From an uncultured Clostridium sp. (GTDB lineage: Bacteria; Bacillota; Clostridia; TANB77; CAG-508): 64,000 nt of DNA. The number at the start of each line of letters is the position of its first letter. The first letter of the stretch is position 1. Both the position numbers and the translations under genes were made by a program. The stretch covers positions 1,603 through 65,602 of the forward strand of contig CANBES010000006.1 in the NCBI GenBank assembly GCA_947367845.1. Direction: 5' to 3'. Below, piece by piece: positions 15,878 through 27,097 of this stretch. The notes beneath the pieces were generated by a model, which had not been told where the DNA came from, made no database searches, and saw only the letters and a list, made by a program, of their open reading frames with translations.

Positions 15878-18216
15878 TATGCAACACCTTCTCCGAGGTT
15901 TTGTTGTCATTAGTTTGTATAACTCTGTATTTCGTGGGAATCTGTTTACAAATGGAATTAGTGAACTTCCTATTTTTATTAGCCCTTCTCCTGCATTTAC
16001 ATTTGTAATATAGCTCATTTGTAAGTCTGATATATTTAATAGTTTTGCAAGTTCTACTCTGTCGGTGCTTGCTTGATTTAACATGATAATAAGCTCACTA
16101 TTTGCTAGCATTGTTCTTGCTGTATGGCTTTGCAACATATCTTCCACATTTTGCGTAATTCCGTGTGCAATATGCTCCGATATTTTCTCACTCTCTTCCA
16201 TAGTGTGAATAGGAAATTTGCTGAATACTCGTATTGGAATAACAAGTAAATTTCATCAATAAAAATAAAGGTATTTCTACCTTTTGACCTATTCATTGTT
16301 ATTCTATTCAAAATCGAATCTAGCACTACTAACATTCCAATAGGTAGTAGTTGCTTTCCCAAATCTAAAATGTCATAACACACTAAACGATTATGTGTAT
16401 CAACATTTGTAGATTTTGCAAATGTGTTCAAACTACCATTTACAAATAATTCAATAGCAAGTGCTATTTCTTTTGCTTCTGGCTCTTGTTGTCTTAACAA
16501 TTCCTCATAAAAGTCTTGTAGTGTAGGTGGTGTACCTTGATAATTACCTTGCTGATAATACCTATACACACTTGCTGTGCATCTGTCTATTATAGATTTC
16601 TGTTTTGCACCTAAATTATTACTTCCTACTAGCTGTTCGCATAGTGAAAGTATGAACTCTGATTTTAATATGATAGGATTTGCTCCATCTCCATAGTCTT
16701 TATTCATGTCCATAGCATTGATATGGTTTCCACTTGTTGCTGATATTTTTATTACTTCTCCACCTAGCGATTTTACAAGTGAACTTGCTTCCCTTTCTGG
16801 ATCTACAATTATCACATCTGCATTAGGATCTTTTAACATTATAGAAACAATTTCTTCTTTTGCTATGAAACTCTTTCCACTACCACTAACACCTAGAATA
16901 AAGCTATTTCCGTTCAATAATTGCTTTCTATCTGCAATAATCATATTTTTGCTAATGACATTTTGCCCATAGTATATTCCGTTTTCGTGTCTTATTTCTT
17001 GTACTCTAAATGGCATAAATACTGCAAGAGATTCTGTTGTAAGTGTTCTTAAAGTGTCAATTTTTCTTACTCCAAACGGCATAGCTGTATTTAAGCCATC
17101 AAGTTGCTGAAATTTTAGCACACCGAACTGACATAAATGTTTTCTTGCTATTGTTAGCAATGCTTCTGTATCATTGTCTAATTCTTCTTTGCTTTCTGCT
17201 GTATGCACCATTGTAAGAACTGATATAAACATTCTTTGATCACGAGTTATTAAGTCATCTAAAAACTCTTTGCTTTGTTCTCTTTGTTGCTCCATGTCAT
17301 AAGGAATAATTGCTGAAAAGTTATTATTTGCATTTTGTCGTCTTTGCCAATTCGTGATATTAGTTTCTATTCCTAATCTTCTATTCTCTGCTTCTCTAAC
17401 TGCCTCATCCATAGGTATTGGTATAACATCTATACTCATCATCATATTTTTATTTATATCTGTTAATTCTGCTACCATGCTGTCCTTAATATAGCTTGCA
17501 TACTCTTTCAAGAATATAACTCTACCATATCTGTTTCCAATTTTGAAATAATCACTTTCAAATTCCATAGAATCTGGACAAATAAAATCCTTAAAGCTAT
17601 GTCCTTTTCTCATATTAGTTATCATATCAAAATTAAATGAAGTTTCTTCTCCCACCCTATAAAAGTCATGAAATATTCTTAATCTTTCTACTGCATCTAA
17701 TTCAATACATATAGAGCCTAATTCTTTGAAATGATTTATCAAGTCTGTTCCAACTCTTGCAAAATAATTCTTTGCTTCCTCTATACTTTTTTTATCAACT
17801 GATATTGTTATAAATTTCTCTTGTACTATACCATTTGAAGCTGTTGCTTTATCTAGTAACATTTTATTATATTCTTTTCTAAATTTATCTAAATCATCAT
17901 TTTCCATAGGTAATAGCATAGTTTCTTCAAAGTCAATTTTATTTAATCTTCTATTGATTATAGTTATTTTAGTAGTAGCACCTGTATCAAATGAATTTAA
18001 TAACTCCGAATATTCTAAAAACATTGCTTCTTTATCATCTCTACTTGCTACTGCATAATTTATATCACTAAATTTATAACATTTTGAATACTTATTTTTC
18101 CCAATAAAAAAGATGCCGTCTTCCCATATTGCCTTAATAGGAATGGCATCTTGCACACTTCGTGGTATGACAAACTTCTCTTTGTCTTGTTTAAATAATT
18201 TATTTAATGTTTTCAA
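15877..18216 (-). pseudogene. virB4: VirB4/TcpF-type conjugation ATPase; continuous only if three single C residues are skipped
   Basis: Walker A GVSGSGKS and Walker B IFIDEIY. Skipping fwd G16179, G16163 and G15895 gives ..WKRVRKY-GAYCT-GITQNVEDML..LYKLMTTKP-GEGVA-stop(TAG 15877-15879). Segment lengths are 2037, 15, 267 and 18 nt, all multiples of 3. Confidence 0.85.
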
Positions 18217-18598
18217 TACTTTGCGAATCCTCCTTATTTTTATTTTTTCTCTCTTTTTTTACTTTTCTATTTTCTATGTTTTTCAAATCCTCGTAGTATA
18301 AGTTTATTGGCTTGAAAGTTAATCTTTTAGGTGTAAGTATCATTGATTTAATCCAAGCTGCAACAAACTTTTCTGCTGTCATTCCATTATATTTAATAAA
18401 CCCTAGTGCTGCGAATGGTGCTGCACCTAATATACAAACCCATGATAAAGTTTCAATTCCACAATAAGGTTTTAATATAAAATATAGGATAACAGCTACT
18501 ACACAAGCACATATAGAAAAAATGAACTGCCTTAATGACAGTCCAAAAAATATGCTTTCCGTATATTCTCTTATTTCTCTATTGATTTTTACTTCCAA
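18200..18598 (-). CDS. TcpE/PrgI-like small T4SS membrane protein
   Basis: REIREYTESIFFGLSLRQFIFS plus two TM helices. It sits directly upstream of VirB4, as in Tn916 orf17-orf16. Confidence 0.65.
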   Translation of the reverse strand: MEVKINREIREYTESIFFGLSLRQFIFSICACVVAVILYFILKPYCGIETLSWVCILGAAPFAALGFIKYNGMTAEKFVAAWIKSMILTPKRLTFKPINLYYEDLKNIENRKVKKERKNKNKEDSQSIENIK

Positions 18599-19066
18599 TT
18601 ATCGTGCCTCTCTTCCTTTTTTATTCTTATTAAAGTTCTCCATTACTTTTTTATAAATTTGTTCTGAAGTCATATTTGCATCTACATTCCCATCAAAAAT
18701 ATGTTGCCCATTTTTAGTTATCTCACACCAAGTACCCTCTTTATGAATTGAATAACCATTTATTACTTTATGGCTATTTTCATTTACTTTTTCTTTTTGT
18801 TTGTCTTGTAATTGTTCTATTGTATATACTTCTGTATTTCTAGCTGAAAATTCCTCAAAATCTATAAAATTATTGTAGTATTTATTGCCAAATTTTAATT
18901 CCTTATCTGTAATAATAGAGCCTATTCTATTTACTAAAACACTTTTCTCAATAGTTGCAATTTCTCCACCCTCATCACTATGTCTTAAATCATAACAATA
19001 TAAGCCTTTGCTTTCTATTTCCTGTTTTTCTGCATTATCTTTGTAATTTGTAACTAAATATTTCAT
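18599..19066 (-). CDS. Hypothetical ICE protein
   Basis: ORF. The likely start is MKYLVTNYKD at 19066. Confidence 0.4.
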   Translation of the reverse strand: MKYLVTNYKDNAEKQEIESKGLYCYDLRHSDEGGEIATIEKSVLVNRIGSIITDKELKFGNKYYNNFIDFEEFSARNTEVYTIEQLQDKQKEKVNENSHKVINGYSIHKEGTWCEITKNGQHIFDGNVDANMTSEQIYKKVMENFNKNKKGREAR

Positions 19067-19070
19067 TTTC

Positions 19071-19946
19071 CTACCTTTCCATACTCTTTTCTGGTACAAG
19101 TTTCATTTTCCTTTTAAAACTCTCTTTATATTCTTCTTGTATCTTTTGATAAATTTGCTCTAAATAAATCCCCATTTTTGTGCTACATCTCTTATTTTCA
19201 TCTGTTATTTTATAAAAGCAATCTCTTGTTTTGAAATTATAACTTTTTAACCTATTGTTTATAAATCCTTGTGTTGCTAATGGTATTTTTATTCCATATA
19301 GTTTTGCTAAATATAGAATATTATTTTGTATTGTTCTACCACTGCATTTATCATCTTTATAAAACTCAAAGTCCTCAACTGAAATCATTTCTCCAATAAA
19401 GATTTTATATTTCATTTCTTTTAACGCTTTTTTGAATCTGTCATTTACAGCTTTTATTTTCTCTTGTTCTTTCTGTTCCTGTTCTTGCCTTTTTTGTTCT
19501 TGTTCCCTATCTCTATTTTCTTCAAATGTTCTTCTACTTTCTCTTGCTTGTTCATAAATCTCTGGAAAGTACCTATTGATATATTCTAATTCACATTTAT
19601 TGAAATACCTATTTTCATTTATTTTCTTTTTCCAGAATGCTTTTAGATCTAATTTCTTATATGCTTCTGTTATATCTTCTCTATATTTTTCTACTACTGA
19701 TGGCTCTGATAAATATGAATCTATACTTCCTATAAACATATTTAATCTTATTGGAGCAATTCCTAATTTCCAATATTCATTATTTTTGTCTTTAATTAAA
19801 AACTCTTGCACATCATAATATCTTTCTTCTTTTAAAGTAGCTATCTCAACATCATTATATGTTGATAATACTACTTTCTTATTTTTACAAGTTAATTCAT
19901 TGTTCTCAATATGCCATACTTTTGCAATTTTTATCTGTTCTTGCAT
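19071..19946 (-). CDS. Hypothetical ICE protein (291 aa, central Glu/Gln/Lys-rich linker)
   Basis: ORF with AGGAGG upstream of ATG 19946. Confidence 0.45.
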   Translation of the reverse strand: MQEQIKIAKVWHIENNELTCKNKKVVLSTYNDVEIATLKEERYYDVQEFLIKDKNNEYWKLGIAPIRLNMFIGSIDSYLSEPSVVEKYREDITEAYKKLDLKAFWKKKINENRYFNKCELEYINRYFPEIYEQARESRRTFEENRDREQEQKRQEQEQKEQEKIKAVNDRFKKALKEMKYKIFIGEMISVEDFEFYKDDKCSGRTIQNNILYLAKLYGIKIPLATQGFINNRLKSYNFKTRDCFYKITDENKRCSTKMGIYLEQIYQKIQEEYKESFKRKMKLVPEKSMER

Positions 19947-19959
19947 TCTATTGTTCCTC

Positions 19960-20794
19960 CTATAAACCTAACATTTCTCTTACTAATCTATCTGATATTT
20001 TAACTGTACCTACTAACACCAACATATTGAATATCAATTCTCCGTATATATTTCCATACCATTGTTACTGCTGCTGCATTTGTATCTACTACTGGTGGGC
20101 TTGTTGCAAACAGTGAGAAAATAACACATGATAGCATTATAATTACACCCTCTAGGCATACTGCACTATAACCTTTTATAAAGCTCTTTCCTATATTTTG
20201 TGTTGGCTCTCCACCAAAACTTGCAAATGCTATTGGAGATATTGCTGTATATAGATAGATTTTGAAAAATCTTCCGATAAACTGTAAGAATCATTACAAA
20301 TGACAATACTGTTATAAATAGTCCTCCGTATCAATGTTACTGCCCACAATGGTATGCTTTCAAAGAAATTACAGGCTTCTACTGCTGATATAATTTCATT
20401 TGGCAGAACTGTATTTGTTGCTCCACCTAATCCTGCTGCACTCATTACTGTACTTGCTAAACCTTGCACAATCTTAAAAATTGCCATCATTAGCTCTAAA
20501 CCATAAGTTACTAAAACTTTTGCAACTGCAAATCGTATAAAAAGTTTGAGGGCATGCTCTGGCTTTTTTACTTCTGCAAAACTTCCGACAAGTTTTCATT
20601 ACTCCTACAACAAAAAACAATACAAGTAATGCTAATGCAATGGCTTGTACTGCTCCATGTATATTTGTTATTACATTCCAGATAGTTCCACCTTTAAAAT
20701 CAACTGGCGATTGTGATACAAGTGTCCATATTTCACTTAATTTTGAGTTCCATGTTTCTATTGCATTTTGTAGGTTTCCTACTACCCAATTCAA
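19960..20794 (-). pseudogene. VirB6/TrbL-like polytopic membrane protein; continuous only if four single C residues are skipped
   Basis: Skipping fwd G20587, G20328, G20276 and G20044 joins MNWVVGNLQ..VMKTC-GSFAEVKKPEHALKLFIRFAVAKVLVTYGLELMMAIFKIV..TLI-GGLFITVLSFVMILTVY-GRFFKIYLYTAISPIAFASFGG..WKYI-GELIFNMLVLVGTVKISDRLVREMLGL-stop. Segments are 207, 258, 51, 231 and 84 nt. Confidence 0.6.
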
Positions 20795-20807
20795 TATCTA
20801 CCACCTC

Positions 20808-21107
20808 CTAACTTTGTTTTGAATACTTGATATACTCTTTTTGTTTTTTATTTCTCATTTTTGCTGTTTCTTCATCTCTTAATTCTGGATTTTTCTCTTG
20901 TAATTTTCTTCGACATCTCGTAATGCTTTCAAAACTTATTCCTTTATTCTTTGCATTAAACATTACTGTTGCAAATTGTTTTCCTACTTCATAAGGATAT
21001 AATTTGCTTATTACTTGTAATATTAAGTAACAGTCATCTTCTCTTGCAAGTTTATCTTTTCGTAGTATTTCTTCTACTACTGTTTCTAATTTTTTTAATT
21101 CTGCTAT
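20808..21107 (-). CDS. Small conserved-looking ICE protein without a canonical start (ATA at 21105-21107)
   Basis: Open frame (I)AELKKLETVVEEILRKDKLAREDDCYLILQVISKLYPYEVGKQFATVMFNAKNKGISFESITRCRRKLQEKNPELRDEE.. begins right after two in-frame TGA codons. The only SD-spaced candidate start is ATA. Confidence 0.35.
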   Translation of the reverse strand: MAELKKLETVVEEILRKDKLAREDDCYLILQVISKLYPYEVGKQFATVMFNAKNKGISFESITRCRRKLQEKNPELRDEETAKMRNKKQKEYIKYSKQS

Positions 21108-21679
21108 TTCTCATCATCTCCATATTCCATTAAATCAATATCGCATTTTACTTCATTTCCCCACGAATCCCAACCATTTACTTTTTGTCTTGCAAATAGT
21201 TCTACTCTTGGTATATCTCCTAACAATTCCACAATTCTTTTTCTTGTTTCATCTGGCTTTTTACTATGTTCTTCAACTGGAGATATAATTACTTGATGCA
21301 CTTTTGCAGATATTCTTTTAGGCTTGCCTTTTGTTGCTAATATACATATCTCTGCATTAGCTCTAGTCCAAAAACCTAATCCCCAAAACAATGATGGTGT
21401 TTTCTTATTTTGCTTAATCCATACAAAAGCAACCGTTTTATATTTAAAACCCCAATTCTCCAAAACTTTTAGTCCTTCTACTAATGTTGGAAAAGTCATC
21501 CACATAAAAAGGACACAGTCTTTGTCAGCTATTTTCTCTACTGGTAATTTGCATATATCTTCTATGCTCATTGTAGAATAATGATTTTCTGCTGAACGAC
21601 CTTTGCCTTTATCTGAATATACTTTGTATTGCCATGGTGGATCTGCATATATGATTTTATATTTTTTATTTTCTTCTAT
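21104..21679 (-). CDS. MT-A70-family N6-adenine DNA methyltransferase, apparent ATA start
   Basis: The YADPPWQY motif lies upstream of the ORF-track ATG. The frame is open back to a TAA. AAGGAGG, then 7 nt, then ATA GAA GAA (21677-21679) is the only plausible start. Confidence 0.7.
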   Translation of the reverse strand: MEENKKYKIIYADPPWQYKVYSDKGKGRSAENHYSTMSIEDICKLPVEKIADKDCVLFMWMTFPTLVEGLKVLENWGFKYKTVAFVWIKQNKKTPSLFWGLGFWTRANAEICILATKGKPKRISAKVHQVIISPVEEHSKKPDETRKRIVELLGDIPRVELFARQKVNGWDSWGNEVKCDIDLMEYGDDEK

Positions 21680-21746
21680 AAAATTACCTCCTTAAAGTTT
21701 TTTAGGAGTAGATTATTTTTTCTTAATAACCTACTCCTTTTACTTT

Positions 21747-22068
21747 TTAACCACCTGTTATAATATTTAGGATTTCCTTTGCGAAAGTAATAACTACTCC
21801 TCCGTGCCAATGTCATGAAACCATTAGCTCGCTGTGATGGATCGTGTGATTTTAATGACATACCAACTTGTACTACTCCGAATCCTAAAATAATCATTCC
21901 AACTGCTCTTATAAGTCCAAAAATAAAGTCTGACAAATTATTTATTACTGTTAATGGCTCATCTGCTGCAAATACATGAGATGCTTGTGCTACAAATAAT
22001 GCAACAATATACAAAATAATTATGCAAGACCTTTTTAATATTTTTAATAAAGTTTTTTTCTTTTTCAA
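21747..22068 (-). pseudogene. TrbC/VirB2-like pilin-type small membrane protein; one C must be skipped
   Basis: Signal peptide plus GMIILGFGVVQVGMSLKSHDPSQRANGFMTLA. Skipping fwd G21804 gives -GGVVITFAKEILNIITGG-stop in place of a basic nonsense tail. Confidence 0.5.
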
Positions 22069-22069
22069 T

Positions 22070-23855
22070 TTATGATACCTCCCTAATAAATTCTTCTAAT
22101 TCTTCTTCTGATAGGAGTTCATAATTTTCTAGTAATTGTTCTTTTTCAAATGTATCTATCTCATTTTCTTCAATATCTTCATCTAGCACAATAATAGAAG
22201 CTGTTGCTTTATCTGTTTTTCCATGAATATAAGGCTCTCCTTTGCCATCAGTAGTCAAAGCTACATTAGGGTGTTTTAATATATCATATTTTAGGTCTTT
22301 AACTGGTCTTTCTCCACGAATAAAAAGAAGTGCATATTTATTATCAAGTAAACGCACTTCATCTGGAGTCATAAGTTCTCTTCCTGCAAGTTGATAATTT
22401 GTCGAATAATTGCCGCTTCTACCAGAGCTTTTTCCATGTGTGTCTAAATCTATTGTTTCTTTTCCGTAGGAGTTCTGAAACATATTTATGGGTACTTTGC
22501 TCGTTTCCACCTAAATACAAAAAAGTATCGCAATTTCCGTACAATACTTTCCCATTGTTTTTCAAATAGTGCTTTAAGCTGTGCTAAATTTTGGAGAATG
22601 ATAGATACTGATACTGACCTTGATCTCATGACACTTAAAATTTTGTCAAAATCATCTGGCAGACTTACATTTGCGAACTCATCCATTACAAAATGGACAT
22701 GGATTGGCAAACTTCCACCATACTTATGGTCAGCAATATAGAATAATTGTTGAAATAATTGTGTGTATAATATACTTACTAGAAAATTAAAACTCGTGTC
22801 ATTGTCTGGAATTAGAGCAAACAATGCCACCTTTTTTTCACCTAAACTAGGCAAATCTAACTCGTCAATTTTTACTATGTTTGCAAGACTCTCTAAATTA
22901 AATTTTTCTAATCTTGCAGCAAGTGTAATTTGAATTGATTTTAATGTTTTTGCAGAGCCTGACCTATAATTTCTATAATACTTTAGAGCAATATGCTCTG
23001 GGTTATTATATTCTAATTTATCAAATAGAATATCTAATGCACTTATAGGATTTTCTTGTTCTTCATTTACATCTCCTGCTCTTAACATTTCCATTACCAT
23101 TGGAAAGTTTTGTTCATCTTCTGGAGCTTCATATTTGAGATAAAATATAAGTGCTAGCAATAACATACTAGCTGCCGTGTCCCAAAACGGATCTTGGCTC
23201 TGACTTCCGTTTAGGTGTTGTGCTTTTGAAAAGGTTTGTTACCAACCTTTGAACATCATTATCTGTCTTTAAATATTTAAAAGGGTTATAGCAATGACTT
23301 TTTTCCATATTGATTAAGTCAAGCACTCTTACCTCATACCCTTTTTTCTCTAATAAATTCCCCGTATCTCGCAAAATTTCGCCGTTTAGGATCTAGGATT
23401 ACATACGAACTTGAGCCACATTGCATTACATTTGGCTTACCGATAGAATCTTGTTTTACCTGCACCGACTACCGACCACAAATTAAAACATTAAGATTTC
23501 TTCTATGTTGTTTTCCATTTAGACCTATTGCTACATTTTGCGTTAATATTTTATTATCATTAAATGGCTTTTGCCTATATTTTTTATTAAGTACACTTGC
23601 TATACCCCACTTGGCAGAGCCGTGTTCTTCTCTTCTTCTATAATTCTTTTTTGTAGATTCATATATACTTATTCCTAATACATAAAAGCATATAAAAATA
23701 AGAATAGTTTTTATGCTATTCTCACACCATATCAAATTAAATGGATTTTCCATTATTTTTGAAAAATTATTTATTATTCCTACGATTCCATTATTTATAT
23801 ATGGTGCAATTAGAATAGCTACCCATACTACTGGAATTATACCTAATATATACAA
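22070..23855 (-). pseudogene. virD4: TraG/VirD4-type coupling protein; continuous only if seven single C residues are skipped
   Basis: Four ORF-track fragments join when fwd G23474, 23467, 23442, 23384, 23209, 22539 and 22466 are skipped: LICG-GS-GAGKTRFY-GKPNVMQCGSSSYVILDPK-GEILRDTG..TTPK-GSQSQDPFWDTAASM..VHFVMDEFAN..SIV-GNCDTFLYLGGNEQSTHKYVSELL-GKETID. All spacings are multiples of 3. The start is uncertain: TTG 23855, or ATG 23875, which is out of frame by one. Confidence 0.85.
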
Positions 23856-23874
23856 AAGCTCATTTGTTTTTTCA

Positions 23875-24072
23875 TTATCTCTCGTTACTTACTCTTTCTC
23901 TTTGAAATATTGTTCTTTTTCTAATGGGGATATTTAATAGTCTTAATAATAATTCATTTACAAATTCTGTTGATTTGTTTTCTCTTATTAACTTTGTACG
24001 AAGTTCGTTAAGGGAATTTATTATCATTCCATATTCGTACTTATTTAATATTACTACTCTTTGTTCTTCCAA
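23875..24072 (-). CDS. Hypothetical 65-aa protein
   Basis: ORF. Its stop overlaps an ATG (TAATG). Confidence 0.35.
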   Translation of the reverse strand: MEEQRVVILNKYEYGMIINSLNELRTKLIRENKSTEFVNELLLRLLNIPIRKRTIFQRERVSNER

Positions 24073-24084
24073 TATATTTTTCTC

Positions 24085-24969
24085 CTATCTTGCTTGTTCT
24101 TTTTCTCTACTTTGTTTTGCAAGTAGTTCTATACAATGACTTGTTCTTCCACTTATGTTTTCCATTGCATCATGAATTGGCTCTAGTTCTTCTCTTATTT
24201 CCTTTGCTGATAACTCCTTTAGTTCATAAGGAATATCAGTTACATTATAATTTGAAACATCTATGCCATATTTTTTGCAAACCATATAAGATACACAATT
24301 AGCTTTGAAAGTATCTAATTCTGTATTTTCTCCTATTTCTTGTTTTGCAAGTTCTTGTGTTACTTCATGGAAAATTTGTGGTGCTTCTGCACCTCTTGCA
24401 ATATATAATACATCTTTTTCTGAATCATACAATGCACTTCTATCTGTATTTGGTATTTCATTTACTACTTCTACCTTTGCTTGGCTACTATTTAAAAATA
24501 CTCTTAATAATAATTTATTATCATATCTCATTATAGGATTTGGTTTCTTTCTTATACTAACTTGTGATATATCAGTTAAGTATTTTACATTATAATTTGT
24601 TGCCTTTGTGCCATCTTCTCTCATATAAGAATCTGCTGGCTCTAATATTTTTATATCATTTTTACGATTTTTCTTTGGAAAGCCACCTACATTTGTCCAA
24701 CTATCATAATCTCTTAAAACTGTTGCTTCTGGCATTTGTGCTGTTATTAGTAAACTATTTCCTACTGAATATTGCTCAAACTTACTTTGAGTATCTAAAT
24801 ATTTCTTAAATTCTTGCCCATCTTGTACGATCTTTTCTGCTGTTGTATCAATTAGTGCATATACTTCTTGTTTTTCTTGTTTTTTATATTCAATCCATTC
24901 TTCTTTATTATATTGCCTATTTTTTCTGCTATAATTATCAAATACTTGGTCTAATTCTCCCATGTTCAT
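24085..24969 (-). CDS. ICE protein with an ArdC-N-like (ssDNA-binding) region
   Basis: SVGNSLLITAQMPEATVLRDYDSWTNVGGFPKKNRKNDIKILEP resembles the ArdC N-terminal pattern. This is a weak call. Confidence 0.4.
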   Translation of the reverse strand: MNMGELDQVFDNYSRKNRQYNKEEWIEYKKQEKQEVYALIDTTAEKIVQDGQEFKKYLDTQSKFEQYSVGNSLLITAQMPEATVLRDYDSWTNVGGFPKKNRKNDIKILEPADSYMREDGTKATNYNVKYLTDISQVSIRKKPNPIMRYDNKLLLRVFLNSSQAKVEVVNEIPNTDRSALYDSEKDVLYIARGAEAPQIFHEVTQELAKQEIGENTELDTFKANCVSYMVCKKYGIDVSNYNVTDIPYELKELSAKEIREELEPIHDAMENISGRTSHCIELLAKQSREKEQAR

Positions 24970-25757
24970 TTACCTCTTTCCTTATTTGCTATTTCTAATT
25001 TTGGTGTCTGTACTTGTGGCATTTCTACCATAATACTTTCTTTAGATTTTTGAGCTTTCTTCAATTCCGTTTCAACCTTTAACTCTGCTTCTGCTTCTTT
25101 TAACTTTTTCTTAACAGATTCTTTTTGTGCAGGTTTAGTAACCCCCTCGGAATTGTTTTTGCTCTTCAAGGAAGGCTCTGACGGAGGGTTTTTTTCCGTT
25201 TTTGCTACTTCGGGGTTTTGATTTTCATTTTCCTTTGGTTTAGAAAAAATATCATCTACCATAGCTTCGTTTACTTCTGTTCTTTCCTCTCCTATATCTG
25301 GTGCATTATCTGACAAGTCTTTTTCATTTTTATTAGTAACTTTCTCATTTTCAATTTCTGTTTGAATTGATGCCTTATCATAAGTGCATAAATTATATCT
25401 TTCTACAATTCTATTTACTTGTGGTGCATCTTTTGCTCTTACCATTATATCTACCATACCATCAATATTTTTGTTTTTTCTATTTACCAAAGCACAATAT
25501 AATATTCCATAGCTTCTAGCTTCATGGCAAAAAGTTTTCATATCTTCTTTTTTAATAGAAAAGATTTTTAATTCGTTATCACTTTTTATCATATTATTTA
25601 GTCTAGTCTTGCCTTTTGTCTGCTTTTGGTCTTGTGATATAGTATATAATGCTACAGCAATATTTTTTACAGCTAGTCCACTTATTTTTGCTACTACTAC
25701 TGTTCCATCTAATAGCAATTTAACAGTTTGTTCTGCCGAATCACTTGATATACTCAC
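24966..25757 (-). CDS. PcfB/DUF3801-like protein
   Basis: AEQTVKLLLDGTVVVAKISGLAVKNIAVAL..KGKTRLNNMI..ELKIFSI..FCHEARSYGILYCAL. Its position between the relaxase and the coupling protein is typical. Confidence 0.6.
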   Translation of the reverse strand: MSISSDSAEQTVKLLLDGTVVVAKISGLAVKNIAVALYTISQDQKQTKGKTRLNNMIKSDNELKIFSIKKEDMKTFCHEARSYGILYCALVNRKNKNIDGMVDIMVRAKDAPQVNRIVERYNLCTYDKASIQTEIENEKVTNKNEKDLSDNAPDIGEERTEVNEAMVDDIFSKPKENENQNPEVAKTEKNPPSEPSLKSKNNSEGVTKPAQKESVKKKLKEAEAELKVETELKKAQKSKESIMVEMPQVQTPKLEIANKERGK

Positions 25758-27096
25758 TATTTTCTTTCTCCTTTTCTTTATCTTGATTTCTATTTTCTAC
25801 TTCATCAATAATCTCTTTTATCTTTGGTGTTCTTGTTTCAATACCTTCTATTAACTCAATTTCTTGGTTTAGTTTTTTTATTTCACTCTGAAGCATTTTT
25901 ATTTCTTCATAATTTTTCTGTTTATCACTTTCATTAGCTGCTTTCCTATTTTTCTTCCATAAGCTCTCTACCTTTGCCTTATTTTCTTTTCTATCAAGTA
26001 TAAGTGATTTTTTATATGCTGAAAGCTCTTGAGCAGATTGAATATTTTTTCTACACAAGAGCTTTGCTTCTTTTGAAATTTTATCCATCTTTTTTATTTC
26101 TTCTCTCATTTCTTTTGAATATTGTTTTTTCATCTTCTTATTTTTGGGATACACTTTTAATAAAAAGCAATAATGCAAATATAATGCTTTTATTCCTTTA
26201 GCCTTTTTTCTAGTTTTTAGATTTTGCTTTTTTACCATTCTATATCTTTTAGGTTTTGCTCTTGCTTCTGGAAATGGCTCTCTAATTGCTTGTGTTTCAT
26301 AAATTCTTTTTTCAATATTTTCAATTTTGTAGTCATCTCCAAAGGCTCTTTCTATTCTTATATTCTTTTTGTATGGCTTTTTTCTAACACTTAATTTTCC
26401 ATAACGATTTTCTACTGTGTAATTCATTTTATTTAATATAGATAAAAAGTCTTTATATGAATATGCTTGTCCTATTGCATAGTCAATATCTTCTTTTGCA
26501 ATAGTATGATGATTAGATTTATTTACTTCTGATTTATAAAAATTTCTGTAATCTATTTTACTTTTTGGACACTTCTTTTCTTCTATTACACTCAATTTAT
26601 ATTCTTCACAAAGTCTATCTGATGTTTCTCTCATTAGAGCATAAGTTCTATGATCATCATAATATTTTTTTCCATCTTTAAATGAAACAGAATTCAAACA
26701 GAAGTGATTGTGTATATGTTCTGTATTCAAATGTGTTGTTACAACAACTTCAAATCTATCTCCCCATAATTCATTTGCCAATTTTACACCAATTTCGTGT
26801 GCAATTTCTGGAGTTACTTCGCCTTTTGCAAAAGACTGAAAAGCATGAAAACCTAAAATTCCATTTGTTTTACTATATCTTCTTTTTGTTCTCAACATAT
26901 CTTCATGTATAGAATCTTTATCACAATTTATTGCTGTAACATATAATTGTTCTTCTGTTTTATATGATGCCTTTGCATATTCAATAACATTATGAAGTTC
27001 ACTATATGCTTCCTTACTTGTTTTGCTTGGATTAGTTGTATAATCAATTACATGGTCAAGTCTTTTCTTTATTGCTTTTATTTTTGTTGTAGCCAT
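25741..27096 (-). CDS. Relaxase (MobA/VirD2 family)
   Basis: MATTKIKAIK..HAFQSF..THLNTEHIHNHFCLNSV (HxxxxHxHxH metal motif). Start ATG 27096. Confidence 0.85.
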   Translation of the reverse strand: MATTKIKAIKKRLDHVIDYTTNPSKTSKEAYSELHNVIEYAKASYKTEEQLYVTAINCDKDSIHEDMLRTKRRYSKTNGILGFHAFQSFAKGEVTPEIAHEIGVKLANELWGDRFEVVVTTHLNTEHIHNHFCLNSVSFKDGKKYYDDHRTYALMRETSDRLCEEYKLSVIEEKKCPKSKIDYRNFYKSEVNKSNHHTIAKEDIDYAIGQAYSYKDFLSILNKMNYTVENRYGKLSVRKKPYKKNIRIERAFGDDYKIENIEKRIYETQAIREPFPEARAKPKRYRMVKKQNLKTRKKAKGIKALYLHYCFLLKVYPKNKKMKKQYSKEMREEIKKMDKISKEAKLLCRKNIQSAQELSAYKKSLILDRKENKAKVESLWKKNRKAANESDKQKNYEEIKMLQSEIKKLNQEIELIEGIETRTPKIKEIIDEVENRNQDKEKEKENSEYIK

Positions 27097-27097
27097 T

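Noticed and set aside
21681-21746. Hairpin AGGAGTAG..CTACTCCT between the pilin-like gene and MT-A70 as a terminator
   Set aside because: On the coding (minus) strand it is followed by an A-run rather than a U-run, so it is not a convincing intrinsic terminator. It becomes intergenic only after the CGG site at 21804 is skipped.
23855-23880. Possible non-CGG frameshift at the 5' end of the coupling-protein gene (ATG 23875 overlaps the upstream stop as TAATG but is one base out of frame; an A6 run follows)
   Set aside because: It cannot be distinguished from simple use of the in-frame TTG at 23855. I did not count it among the frameshift sites. If real, it would be a homopolymer-type indel and would favour a sequencing-error component.
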